From Phoronis australis (lineage: Eukaryota; Animalia; Phoronida): 64,000 bases of DNA. The position numbers were made by a program, and so were the translations under genes. The notes beneath the pieces are model-generated. The model was not told the DNA's origin and searched no databases. It worked only from the letters and a program-made list of their open reading frames with translations. Position 1 is the stretch's first letter; each line of letters begins with the position of its first letter. The DNA is taken from positions 451,814 to 515,813 of the forward strand of contig NMRA01000124.1 of assembly GCA_002633005.1 (NCBI GenBank). Direction: 5' to 3'. Shown here one piece after another: positions 34,406 through 47,669 of this stretch.

Positions 34406-36399
34406 ATTTATCCTATGCTCCCCTCTGATCGCGTGACCCGTATACGTGCACGCAATATATTTAAGAATGATTTTTGCAGCTTGGGTGGCACGGCAGGCAA
34501 AGTTGTATTTTACAACAGCTACAGACTTGGGGTGCATATCTGCTATTTTCAGTATTTTTGTCAGAGTTTAAGCTGACATCTATTTCTGATTTTTCTGATT
34601 GTCAACAATATTTTTATTTCACGCTATTGTTTAGTTTAAAAAACACATATTCCGCAAGGAGCTGAACCCGAAGCGATGCCATATCCAATCATATTCTTGG
34701 AAAATTGTAGTGCGTGGTGTGCACAGTAAGGAATTTTCGCAAAATCCATATTGAATGCTCAATAGTTACGGAAAAGTACATGTAGTTCTTCCATATCACA
34801 CCACGCAATACGACCCGAATTTCATGGCCATGCTATCACTGACGCGTATAGGATAATACTGGATATACGCCTTTACTGATATGGCCAGCGCATTTTTAAG
34901 ACACAATTACAGCCTCATCAAAATCATTTACATGTACACCGTTTCTCTTATTCTTTACATGCTCCTTCCCAGGGGTGCTGCCATTATTCCGTATTTCACC
35001 AACCCATCTGTGTCGTGAACTTGGCTCAGTAAACAACCGTCGGCTAATATACGAATTCAACAGAGAATGCATTGGACATAGGGGAAACGGGAAGTGCTTG
35101 CTGAGCATGAAAAAAAGCTAACGAAATTGTTTTTACAAGGTTCGCGTTGTGTTCGGTTTGGTTTGCCAATACAATGCCAACGTCCACAACTATGTGCCTT
35201 GAGTACTGGACGATGACATTTTCTCACCACTGTAAAAGAATTTGTCATGCACTTAGAGTACTCCCCGTTTTCTCTATCAAATTATATCTACATTTCTTAT
35301 ATTTATGTTATGTTAGGTATCTGGCGTACCATAGCGCGTTACTTCCAATTACGTTAAGACCTCCCTTCATGGCAGTATTCGACTTCAGAGTCACACCCAC
35401 TACCTCAGCCAGTCTGTGAATTTAACTTTTCCGAAGGTTCTAGAATGCACCGCTGGTGGCTGTTGAGTGACCCTGGCGAAGGTCATGTAGCACGTTTTGT
35501 CATCTCGTTCGAGAGTGGCATCGTCAGATACCTGTATTTCCATGCTGTCAATGTATTGAAGCGTACACACAAACCCACTCTTCTGTCCAAATTAATCGCT
35601 GATTTCGAATTAGGACATCATGTCACATCCATAACCGTAATCAATTCCCAAGTTTGTGCAATGACATTCTCAAGAAATGGTGCTTGATCACTTCCTTTTC
35701 AGCAAGAGGTCTCGTTCTATAACGCAAAGTACTGCCAAAATTGTTGGTGTCTTTCAAGTACGTGACATCTATTGCCTTAGTTTCCCAATACAATTCTCCA
35801 TCGCAGTATCTGGCTGCTATGACTGTGGTTGTTCCCGAAAACCAGTGACGCAACCATCACCGCATTAGAGAGCGAATGACTCTTTTGAACAGAGTGTTGT
35901 TTTTCTCCATGTTACAAATAGTACCAATTCGACTCTTTGGTATAGGGCTCCTCGCGCCAAAATACCCGTCCTGTATGTCAGAGGGAACAGGATCCGCACA
36001 AATGGTCATATTTTCCCACTATCGGGGTTTAAAAGCTGATTCGTGTGGTGAATGGCCAACAGATTCTATGTAACTCCAAAAATGAAATGTCACGGCTGTA
36101 ATATCCTGGTCTGATTCATGTCACACTAGACTGACCACAGGGAATGATGACGTACGGTGTTCGTGGAATGTTTTGTTATTGGTACGTCTGCTTTGTGAGA
36201 ATATTCTTGTTTAATGGAAACTCCTCTTGTTTTATTTAGTCTGTAGATTTCACCAAAATGTCAAAACAAGAAAGAATGCTAAATTCTGTGGTATCATCAA
36301 CTGGTTTATAAACATGCTAATTCGACTACATGGAAGTGGTCAACACGGGCTATTCATAGTGCCTAATTTCATTTTCGGGCCAGGAAATTATCTTTCACA

Positions 36400-39300
36400 T
36401 TATATTTGTTATTTTTATTGATGTAGAGATCATAAAAACAAAGATATGAAAGACAAAAATACAAACCATTCTCACTCTTATCAAACACAAACACACACAC
36501 GCACACACACACACAAACGCCCCCGTCAACCTACCCACCCACTTAAGCTAGGATTTTGTCAGGAAAAAGTTATGGTTAACCAGTTTCTCTAGGTTGCCTA
36601 GTATTCACCTAAATTACCATTATTTAATCAAATTGTTCTTTGAATATAAAATTCTCTTTCTAATATCTTAAGAAAGTGACAGAAACTATTTTTGCACTTA
36701 GATACGTAAATAAAGTATTTCAATTGAAAAAGAATCCAATTTAAAATTTTGTTTTCGTTACTAATTGGCAAACCAAAAGATCATTCTTTTTTGTCAATAA
36801 CCAAATTAATACTTTTACAGACAAAACTCAACTGCGTAATTCTTCTATCAATGCTTTATATTATTGCATTCGAAAATGATGTGATCTACTGTTTCAGTTT
36901 GTGACTGGCAGAAAGTACATAAGTCCACAAAATTGATTTTTTAAGAAAAGAGTTTGTTGCAAGTATTCCAATTAATATTTTAAACGGTAGTTTACATAAC
37001 TTGAAATCGAAATTAGATTTCAAAGACAATGAATATATTTTTTCCAGACATCCCTTTTAAAGTTATAACCTTCTTCTTGAAACCTTTTTGGCAAATAGAC
37101 AAGCTTTTGCTCTAACAAATAATTTCACATACCATACATTATATCATACATTATACAAAAAGACGTGCAGATAAAGAATTACTGATATTAAGAGGTATTA
37201 TTGGTCTATAGATCTTATTTAGCTGCATTTGTAATGGTGTTCTCTTCAAAAACGACCTAATAGACTCAATCAGAAAACAGTATTCCAAAAAGCATGTAGA
37301 TATATTCGAAATCTTTTTAAATTTAATAAAGAAGTAAAACTTATCATTTTCATCAAGTATATCATTAATTAATAAAACATCACCACAAACATACATGTAC
37401 TTGCTAAAGAAGATAGCTCTTCTGTCTATTAGTATTTCACCATTATGCCATAAACTTGTTGAGAGTAAATCATTTGCATCTTTATGGGACTGTCTACTTA
37501 CGAAAAAGGACCAGTTACTTAGAATTTCGCTCCAGAACTGGCTACTTCGGTATTGTTTTTAATATAATCATTTCTGAAATTCATGATATTCGACTTCACA
37601 ATCCCTGTTTCAAGTTCAAATAGTTTCACCCATTTTGATTCAGAGGTAAGTATTATTTTATCCATGTAATTTTTATGGCTTTGTTGAAAAAGTATATTCG
37701 TCATTTTCACTACCCCTTCCTCATAAGTTTTGATTAATACATCCCTATTCACTTTTTCAATTTTGTTATTCCATATAAACTTTAAAATGCTTGCGTTCAA
37801 TTCATTCAATATTTGATACAGTAGGCAGAGTTGTCATTCAGTAACTAATTTTCCACAATCGAGGTTTTTACCACAGTAACTTTCCCCAAAAAAAATTTTT
37901 CTTCTTGATCAATTTTTTTAGGTTTCATAAATCTTCTCATCGTAATTGATTTCAATCATTTCTTCTAGGTTAACACTGAAATTGATACCTAACATCTGTG
38001 ACGCTCTATTCTAACTTCCATCTTGCTAGATGGAAAACGGAAAACATCTTTACAAGTTTTTTCACTGCCCATCCAAATATCATTTATTTTGGAATAATTT
38101 ACTCTCAAATCAAACATTTTTACATATTTACTCAGAACTTCCATAATAGCTTCTAAACTACACGGGGAACCATCTAAGAAAAAAGTTGTGTCATCGTCAT
38201 ACTGAGTAAGTATAAATTACTCATTTCCTACTTGAATGCCTTTAATTTCCCTGTCTTGTATCGTCATCATAGCTAATATTTCAGCATATAAAATAAAAAT
38301 ATGGATAAAGAGGATCATCTTGTCCACAGCCCCTGTGCAAAGTAAAAATTCTGGGCTCAGTTGCATAAAAGTTATACGCCGTATAGCAACAATGACGTCA
38401 CATTATCACGCGTCACGTTGGTAATGTTGAACAATGCACCTAACGTCATGCAAAAATCAAATTATCCAGCTGGTGACTTTTGAAGCTTTATGCAACTCGG
38501 CCCAGGACAGAAACCCGTTTTGGACAATGTATGACACTAGAGAAAAATAAAAAGCTTTAACCCAACGCTTAATTGAGTCCTTGAAATTAAAGATATCCAA
38601 AACATTATCTACGAAGTTCCATGACAAGCTGTCAAACACTTTTTCAAAATATATTTGTGACAACAGCTCATAGGCTAACCACGTGTTTTCACCCATACAA
38701 CTTCCTTTCATAAATCCCGTCTGATCAGGGAAATTATACATTCAAGTACCTTTTTCATTCGTCTAGCAATACATCCAGATGCCAACTTGTAAACACAAAG
38801 TTAGTCTCCAGCTTTTTATGAATTTTTGGTCTTGTCTGGCTTTGGAATTAAAGTTACAATCCCCGTTTCTTGCATGTTTGACATTTCCATTTTCGCATAG
38901 CTTTCATCTACATGTTTTAAAACAAAATAGCCTAAATCTTTCCAGAAAAAAACTTGAATAATTCATTTGTGAAAACATCTGACACGTGGCTTTTTTCATT
39001 TTTTGAACTTTTCAATATCAAAATGATTAATGCTATTCAAAATGTGTCAACTATTTCAGAGGTCCTCGCCTTCTCGTATGGTTGTGTAGGATTTTTCTAG
39101 ATATTTTATTTTTCTTAGCCATATAGTAGACATGCAAGTTTTCGTATGAAGGTTTTCCTGTGGCACATAGCTTGATCCACAGTAGTTGTGTAACTACCTA
39201 GCAGCCCTACTATGTAACAAAATACGTTTTACTTTCAATAAAATACTCCAAAACTGCCAACCTCGTGTCTTTTTATTGTGATTGAACCTCGCATTCCACA

Positions 39301-41350
39301 CCACTTTGATTGTTACCCGGTACATTTATATCCAAGTTTGCCTGCCCGTTAATGGTTTAGCTGTCCATGCTATACTTCGTTTCGATATTAACCTTCCCCT
39401 GCAGGTTACATGTTGATGTTTTACTTTCTGGTTCTGGGGATGAAACATTCGAAAACTTGCTAATTGGTATCTCCAAACCAGCCCATGAGACTCACCCGAA
39501 ATGGAAACCATGCTACCGCCGTTGTTCGTTAGTCTAAACGGGCTTGTTTTTCAATATCATGTCATAGAAATTTAACGTTTTAATTACTGATTTTTATCAA
39601 ACTGTCAGTTTTCATCTTAAAAGCAGCGTCAAGTAAAAGGCACTTTTTGAATACTGATTTTAGGTCTGTTCAGGAATCTTTATATGAAATCACATCTACC
39701 ATTCTGATGGCGCTTCACCATTCCGCACCATCACTTCTTTCCTATCTTTAACAAAACATAAACAAAAACAATTAATAAATACAAACAATAACATCCAAAA
39801 AAAAATTAACAATCTTTCTGTTTTCAGAAAACATGTCCATTTTCTGAGTACAATGTTGCAGCGAGTTTCCCTAACAGCACAATCATGCTTCTGTCAGAGG
39901 TTACTACCCAGCCATTGTTACACCGCCCACCTTTTCTGGTTCCCAAGTTAATCGTGTCACTGCAATACCAACAGTTGCGCATAATCTCTTGACCTGAGCA
40001 CATAGGAACCTGAACGTCAGTTATCTTCAGCTGAGCTTCCCTAGCTCTTACACGGTGCATTAGATTCGTACTACTCGGGGGGGGTGCTCTAAACTTGGGT
40101 ATTAAAGTGTGCCCTAAACCGGCTGAATTTCGCCAGGATTTGCTGCGATTCGAGTGAGTGTGAGTTGGGTTTTGGGGGCGGCTTGGACCCGGGGAAGGCC
40201 CGGTCGGGAGCGTTGGGTGGCCCTGTATCATGTGATGCTCGGGTGGGAACAATACAGGTTCTCCAGGTTTGTTTGTGCCTGCACTGTTATGTAATGCAAT
40301 CTCTTGTAGTAAAGGCATAGGATTGTCTGGTAAGTGGGTGTGGTATGGTGTCAGTAGAGGTGCCTGTAATGTACAGCAACCACAACTCCGGCTCTATCGT
40401 AAACCAGGGTGTGGCTGGGTTTCGAGCTCTGCGGGAGCGGTACTGCTCATCGTTAGGTATCTGTCCTCGTGGGCTGTGCCCCAAGTCGAACGCCGCGCCT
40501 GCACTCCGGAAGGGGGGATGAGCTTCAATGATTATGGAGGCAAATCCGGGAATAGCATCGGTCCCTTTCTCATTGCTTCCGACTATACCTTTTTCCCCCA
40601 ACTCTGCCACTCCTCTACCAGGGTCACAGCCCCCACGCGGGTTGTGGCGGTGGACAGGATTGTTCATCCATAAACAACCCTGCCCATGTGGCACATACTG
40701 AGCCACAACACCACGTTCCTTACAATATCTTTTTATCACTCAGGCTGATCTGCTCACTCAGATTCTCCGGAACCCTGCTTTGCAGGTTGTTATAGCCCAG
40801 TTGGCTGGTTGGTGTACCCACTTGGTACTTTATATGATATTTGCCCATTTGGCAGTTTGTACCCATTTGGTACTTGTTATTGAATTTGCCGTTTTGCTCG
40901 ACCCATTTGGTATTATGTACCAATTTGGTACAACGCTAACCTGTGCCACTTAGCATCCGATACTCAGTTGTACTTTGGGTATCGGAAATGTGGGTGTGTT
41001 ATCTCTTGTAATTAAGGAACCCATCTGGTTCCTTCTGTGAAATATTTATTTGTAGAGCTGTGACCCTGAAATTCCCAATACAACTTAAAATATACATTAT
41101 TCTTGTTGTTTTATTTGTCCCCAATAAGTGACGACTATTTTTTTGACGTATTCCATGTCACATTTGGAACATTCTTGATACTTCTGAGTCCGTTTATGAC
41201 GTTTGATTTTTCATCTGCCAAACCGCTGAAGGGAGCATTATGTTTTGGCGCAATAATCGACACCGCACACGCTTTCAGACGAAATGCTAGCTGAAAATTT
41301 GGTTCACTTACCAACGGAACTTGAATTTCGCCGAGGGTCTTTCACCTTTC
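36400..41350 (-). mobile_element. Decayed, near full-length L1/Tx1-like LINE (RT, zf-RVT, probable EN start and ORF1)
   Basis: QTGFMKG, FEKVFDSLSWNF, QDDPLYP, YDDDTT, KFIWNNK...LIK...GV, LCTFCQSQTETVDHIIFEC (~36925-36868). The 5' extent (39000-41350) is less certain. Confidence 0.7.
38354..38502. mobile_element. Harbinger-like MITE inserted in a LINE RT domain
   Basis: ctg|ggctcagttgcataaa ... tttatgcaactcggcc|cag; interrupts the NGFLS...RGC.QDDPL RT reading. Confidence 0.75.
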
Positions 41351-42718
41351 ACTTGCCTGATTGATAGCACGCCTACTTTGTTGTGATTAAGTGTGCCTCA
41401 AGTCCAATTCACCCGTTCATGTCCCAAGCGTTGTGTTTCTGAATGTTATCAACTGTCAACAGCGACGCGTGTGCTCTGCCTTATAATACTCCACTCGCTC
41501 GACTCCGCAGGGAACCTTTATAGCTTTTACTTACGAAGAATAGACACAGTTCCTTCCCCTCACAGCTTGAAAACCTATAAATAATTGTATTCATGTTTTG
41601 GTAGCAGTTTTGCGAATTTTTACATTTTGAAGTTATCTCTGGCGCAGTGGTGTTTATCTAAAGGGAACGGTTAGGCTCACGCGGTCGTTGCAATGAAAAA
41701 TTAAACAAGAAGAATAATGTGTTGCTCTATTTTTCACAATTACTGGAGCTCGTCAACAGTCTTCTACATATTGATATGTGGTTAGTTTTGAAGTTGTAAA
41801 AGGATTTCAAGTACATGTACAACAACGTGCTTTCTTAAACAATTAATCTTTTAGATATTAATTAGAGTTTTCTGTACAGTGACGAAGACTTGAGGAAGAT
41901 GCGTTTGCACCACACAAAAATCTGATTTTTCAGACAAAGAATGGCAACATCAAGCAAAAGGTGAATAGGAAAGGGTACTTGAAATTAACTCCGCTGGCCT
42001 TGAATAACTGGAATTCGAGTAACCAAGAAATTAAAAAATTACTGCGTCATGCTCTTGACACTACAAGAATTTCCCATCGCCAACTTTTCAGCTCAATACA
42101 GTTCACCACACTCCCTCGTTTGGGTTTTCAATCGCGGAATTTTAAATTTAAGACTACAGAAGCATCGGTTATATTTTTCATGTTTTAAAACATGCTTTAC
42201 ATAATAATAAAGAAATTAAAATAATTTAGCAAGTGATAATTTTCACGGCGAAGTGACATATGTTAATTGCCAATGAAACTTCGTTGTGGTGTCTGATAGC
42301 AAAAATCAAGTACACGTGAGCGTTCTTGCAATTCAAGTGAGAAGCACACTGCTATGAGATTAAAAATCGTTTTGTTTGTTGACACACCGCGCTGTACCGC
42401 ATGTTCTTTTCTCCCACATTACAGTTGTAACAGTTTAAGGGCCAGTGAAGCAGGTGCAAATTTGTTTCCATGTTACAAAATGCTCTGTCTGTATGTAGTC
42501 ACACAGATGGCACTTTGCATCAGTTCCACGATGTAGCGACAACAAAAAGATATTTGTCGATTTAGAAAGGTTATTCTTCTAAACCAGGCACTGTTGCTGA
42601 AATTTGACGTATCTTTGCGATGGGACAGGGCACTTGGTGGTGACTGAGGTATATGTGACGTATTCACTTTTTAAACTTATGATTACATTAAAAAATACGC
42701 GTTATGTGTAAGGAAGTA

Positions 42719-42855
42719 TATACACAAAACGTACCGAGAGTGGCGTACATGAAGTAATATCCCACGAGACATTATTCGGTCTCGATCGATACGCGGAATA
42801 AGGTGGAGTGGGATATTACTTCATGTGTGCCAATCGAAGTACGTTTTGTATTTAT
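42719..42855. repeat. ~135-bp imperfect palindrome
   Basis: caaaacgtac...catgaagtaatatcccac / gtgggatattacttcatg...gtacgttttg. Confidence 0.85.
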
Positions 42856-43499
42856 CAAAAGCGCTTCGAATTCCTAAGCTTCTTACATATTTTCCGCATA
42901 CTTTTCTAAATACTTCACCCAGACTGTTCACATGGCGGTTCACATCCTATATGTATGTACTTGCGCGTTAGGTTGCAAAGTAAAAGTAACGATTTATTTC
43001 TTGAAAAGTGGTAACAAAGATGAAAACAACGACAACTGTGCAGTGAACTTGTAACATCTCCAGGAAATGTTAAAAAACAGAAATATTATGATATTGCAGT
43101 CTCCTAGGAATTGGCGCCTGAGTTGCAGTCGATATAGTATTCAGCAATTGAAAACTGGGACATAAGTGCCATATAACTAACAGTTTCGTTCCAGAATTTA
43201 CGTTTAGGGCCTGGTTGCATGTCAAGTGTTAGTTACACTGCTGCAATTGTATTACTTTAAACTATTATCGGAAAGTTTGATGATCGAACCGGATGAAGAC
43301 GTCGATTCGACATTGACCTACCTTTTGAACTTTCAATGTCAGAGGCCACTGTTGAAGTAGTGCGGGCGTGCGTTCAGTAGATGCTAGGACCTACGCTAGG
43401 ATCTAGCTAAAACCTAGTCAAAGTCACGTGTTCTCATTTAAAATGCACGGCAATATCTCACGTAATCTCACAAAGTCTTGCTTTTTAACGAGGTCCTAG

Positions 43500-44602
43500 C
43501 GTTACTTCTTGATCAGCGTATTTCTGTGGAACCTAACGATCGACTTGTGAAGTCTTCGTCGGATGAGCACTCGTCTAAGTCGGTATTGCGAGTTGCCATA
43601 TTGAAGTTTATTATTGTGCGTTGTGTTTCAAAATAAATTATTCCCACCCTCTCAATCGCTTACATATAAAACTGAAACACAGTCTGTCACCGATACAATG
43701 TGCGATGCCTTGGAGTGTTCGTGAGTGCAAATGTTTTGAGCATTGAACAATGAATAAATCACTGCGTTACCGCGGCTTTAGATGCAATAAGCTAGTTGAC
43801 CAGGCACCGAGGCCGTGCGAACGCATGCTAATTCAGCGTTTGCTGACAGAAAGCTGTTGTGAAACAATAACTCGATTTTATATCCTATGGTCAGATGTTA
43901 TGGGAATCTTTATTTAGATTTTCTTGCATATTAATCGAATCATTGTTTCTGTACAACTTTTGCCCTGGCGGTTCTATGGAAGGGTAACATGAGTTCGCGA
44001 TCCCCGACGAGCTAGTGAGTAGATTTTCAGTTTCGCGGCTAATTCACAAAATAATCACGAACACATTATGTCTTTGACCTGATTGGGTTTCGAGCTAATG
44101 GCCGGGATAGCAAGATTTTTGTGTGTTTAGAACAGAAAAAATCGTAAGTCTAAAATTACAACACACAGCTATGTTCTCTTGTCTGTATTTCACGGCAATA
44201 ATTTGAATTTATCACCGAACAGACCCCAAACACCCGCGACTGACCTTGGTAAATTGGCCTACCGAAATTTGTAGACTACGGTACGTTAAAATACCTAAAA
44301 CAACGAAATAAAATAACACGTTTGTTCAATAACTCACTATACTTGTAAGGGTTTTGCATCGAATTTTGATGATTTATTGGTGTAAAACGATGAATTCAAG
44401 CTATAGGCTGAAACCAGTAAGCGTGTTGTGAAGTGCTGAACAGACTGCATTCGAACTTCTGACGTCATTGGTTAATTTCAACACCTCCGTCTGTCGTCAG
44501 GTGGCAGGTAAAAGAGCTGCAGGCCTACATGCTGTCATCGAGTGGAACTACTCGATCTAAATTGATACAAAATAGGATGTTTTGCTTGGCATTTTCATTT
44601 AA
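43500..44602 (+). mobile_element. Truncated relative of the 54969-58151 Kolobok-like element, lacking the nested insert
   Basis: Collinear with 55735-56084 plus 57359-58155; ends ttggcattttcat|ttaa. Confidence 0.8.
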
Positions 44603-45699
44603 CAGATGCAGAAGGAACACAGATCATGGGAATAGACGTGAATAGTAGATAATTTTTTATCTCGGTCGAGGTACGACAATGTGCTCAACAAAACTTCATG
44701 TTTGAAAACAGAAAAGAAGAAGACATTACAGCAGGTTACGTGTCACGCCATTTAGTGCATAGCTTTAGGTTTTTGAACTAGATCACCCGTGGAGGAAAGG
44801 GCTTTAAACGACGATTTCTCTTCGCAAATGCTTTGTCATAGTCTTGCGTCAGCGGAACGTAGTCCAGGCTGACTTTATTCGTCGCCGCTAGGGATAGACG
44901 GACATTTTCATCCTAAAAAATGAAAATTATTTTCTTCCAAATCCGCTCAAGTATTTTACTCTTTTGAGTAATATGATCAGATTAGCAAATAATATATCAG
45001 CGGAAAAATATGGCATACACTTTCTGGAAATTATTCAACTAATAACCGATTGAAAATAAATGAATCACATTAAAACGAACGTGTGTGCGAATCAATGTTC
45101 GATCGATGCCTACTTCCAGGAAGTGCCGACTAGATTTTTTTCAAGGTCAAGACTGGTTTTTCTCCCATGAACTGGAATGTGTTTCGACACGACTGGTTAA
45201 TAACACCAAGTACGTATTTTATATAACACGGGCGAATCACAAAGTAGTGCAAAGTGGAAATCCATACATCTCACATTTTATCGTCTGCAAAACTCCAATA
45301 CTGACAACCAAACATTGCCGGATTTCCGTGAAGGTGACAAGGTTATGATTGACAAGTCGGGTTTCGCAACTGTACTCCCTGTTGGAAGGTCATGCAAACA
45401 ACTTCTTTGACGGACCCATCTTCGGCGACGATTTCCATATCCACGTTCATTCCAACAGAGCCGAACCCCAACTCAAGAGACGCGATGAGACTGTACATGT
45501 ATCTGTTCTGTTTCAATGTCAATTCAGTGCTCACACGCGGGGAAACCCTGCTGACTGTGTTATTTGTGAACATTTGTTAAGTTTTAATACAACTGCACTG
45601 GGTAATTATTAGATTCTGAACATTTGCTACAAAAGCTTCATGCAATTTAAAATAAAACTAGCAACAAAAGGTAACAGGTTACTTTACATTGCGTAAGCG

Positions 45700-46326
45700 T
45701 GTTTTTACAAAAGTTGCGTCATGTGGTTGAAAGTTTTGGAAATGTTGAGTTTCTCTGCAAAGAGGTCGTTTTTACGGTTCATGTGATAAAACAAATCCTA
45801 CTTTCGTCTCAGGTTTATGACATGGGCAAAACCTCTCGGAAACTTTGCCGATTTTGAAAATGTATTATATTTGGGTAGTAGGAATAACTATAAAAAACGA
45901 AAGACTTCTAAAACAATGTTTTTGATGTTATATGAAAAGCAATTGCACGGTCAAAAGAATTGGTGTATCCGTATGAACAATTCTCTTGTATACAACTGTT
46001 TTCGGTCATGCATGGTTGAACCAGGGAGTTGGTGATGAACAATATTTTTGTTGAAATTCAAACAAAGGCTGTGAAATGTTAACTTTCAAAGTTGGTGGTT
46101 GGTACTTCAACAAACAAACAAGTGTGAATTTTATAGAGAAGCTGAAAATGCTACGGTAGCACTGAAAATTAGGTTGCAGCCCCGTTCATTTTGTACGCAG
46201 CACATTTTTCATAGCAAATATTAGATGTTCAACTCACACAAACAAATACATGTACCATTCCCCGAACTGAACGAATATGTAACATTTGTAATACAGGAGA
46301 GATTCAAACAGAAGAACATTTCATGT
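45700..46326 (+). mobile_element. RTE-X-like LINE relic
   Basis: GQKNW segment and IPRTERICNICNTGEIQTEEHFM at ~46257-46325. Confidence 0.55.
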
Positions 46327-47225
46327 AAGATAATGAGTCCGGTTATGTCTGTGTTCATATGAGACAAACTTCAAATATTTGAACGTTCCTTTAAACGATA
46401 AAAAAATTCAGAATAATTAATTTTAAAAACATGCAAAACGAACCTGTCCCGGCAAAAAAGCAAACACGGGAGCTGTATAAAGCCTTGACCTGATCATGAA
46501 AGAGTGAGTACAGAAATTGTCGTCACTTCCGGTGCAGACTAATACTCAACAGAGACACTAAGAAACGTGATGAACGTGGCCTTGTCTTCTTTGTACATTA
46601 GCAGCCCCACTCGATGATCAGACCGGTTTGGAAGAAATGAGTTGACAGAACAGCAGCCACCCCTGTTTCTCCACCATGTCCCCCTCACTCGTTTTACTGG
46701 GGAACTACATATAAGCCACTCTTTCGTATAGGTTTGATTGCATTGGGCTTCATAGTGTTGCCTTCATATGAGCACTACGTGTTCTTTAACTGTTTATTTC
46801 AATTTAGGACGGTACAAGTGCGCTTGTATACATCCAATTTCCGGGGCAAAAACCCAACGTGTAAACTCAACTCGATAACACTACAAAAATTAACATGATA
46901 GTAATTAAGTATAACTACATGTGTTTGTTTCATAGAATTTAAAGAGACATTATCGGCGAGAGATTTTTTTCGGAGATTAGCCTCTGCATCTGCAACCCCA
47001 TAATGTACTTGAGCACAGAACAGTAGCACTTATCTCAAGTTCCCACAAAACTAGAAGAGACAATGCCAAAACTTATTTCGAATTCGAGAACAAGGATTAG
47101 GTACCAGATCCGTAACCAAGCTAAAACTTCAAGAGGTCCATCCCATTAAACAAAAACCGATAATGTCCGTTTACTAGCCGGATTTACCAAAGGTCTTACA
47201 CCTGGTCGTTGCTGAAACGATCGTA

Positions 47226-47669
47226 CCGGGATTTTCCGTAGATAAGCCCAACTGATGAAACGCCTATGGGCGTCTATTCGGAAATTTATGCCGAATAAAC
47301 GCCCATGGGCGTGCGTTTATTTGGTGTTACAATTTCTGGTGTCGAGTGTCCATATAGTAGGGTTTGTTCTGAAATTTTCCTCTTACAAGCCAACTCAGCG
47401 TCAACTTTTTGTCACAAATTCAGTTTTGTGGATCATTTACCATTTATAAAAACGAACAAGGTTTTGCCAAACAATAAATTTATTAAGACAAAATTTGAAA
47501 ACACTGTTTTAAGTAAAAAAAAGTTCAAAGTCAGCAAACCTATGACTTTCCGTTTACACGTCCTCCTTTTCCGAATACACGTCTGGGCGTTTCTTTTTGT
47601 TCAGTAAAACGCCTGGAAATTTTCATTTTTCGAATACACGACCATGGGCTTACATAGAGAAAATCCCGG
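47226..47669. mobile_element. pogo/Tigger-like MITE with TA TSD
   Basis: ta|ccgggattttccgtagataagccca ... tgggcttacatagagaaaatcccgg|ta; empty site tcgTAtgc at ~3125-3132. Confidence 0.85.

Noticed and set aside
34900-36200. Possible tyrosine recombinase relic next to the palindromic elements
   Set aside because: No catalytic R-H-R-Y motifs found in the frames read.
41529-41600. Minus-strand gtaagt donor as a candidate 5'UTR exon of copy A
   Set aside because: A lone donor motif is not enough without transcript data.
45085-45612. Cluster of short ORFs with coding-like composition
   Set aside because: No recognisable domain or splice structure; left unassigned.
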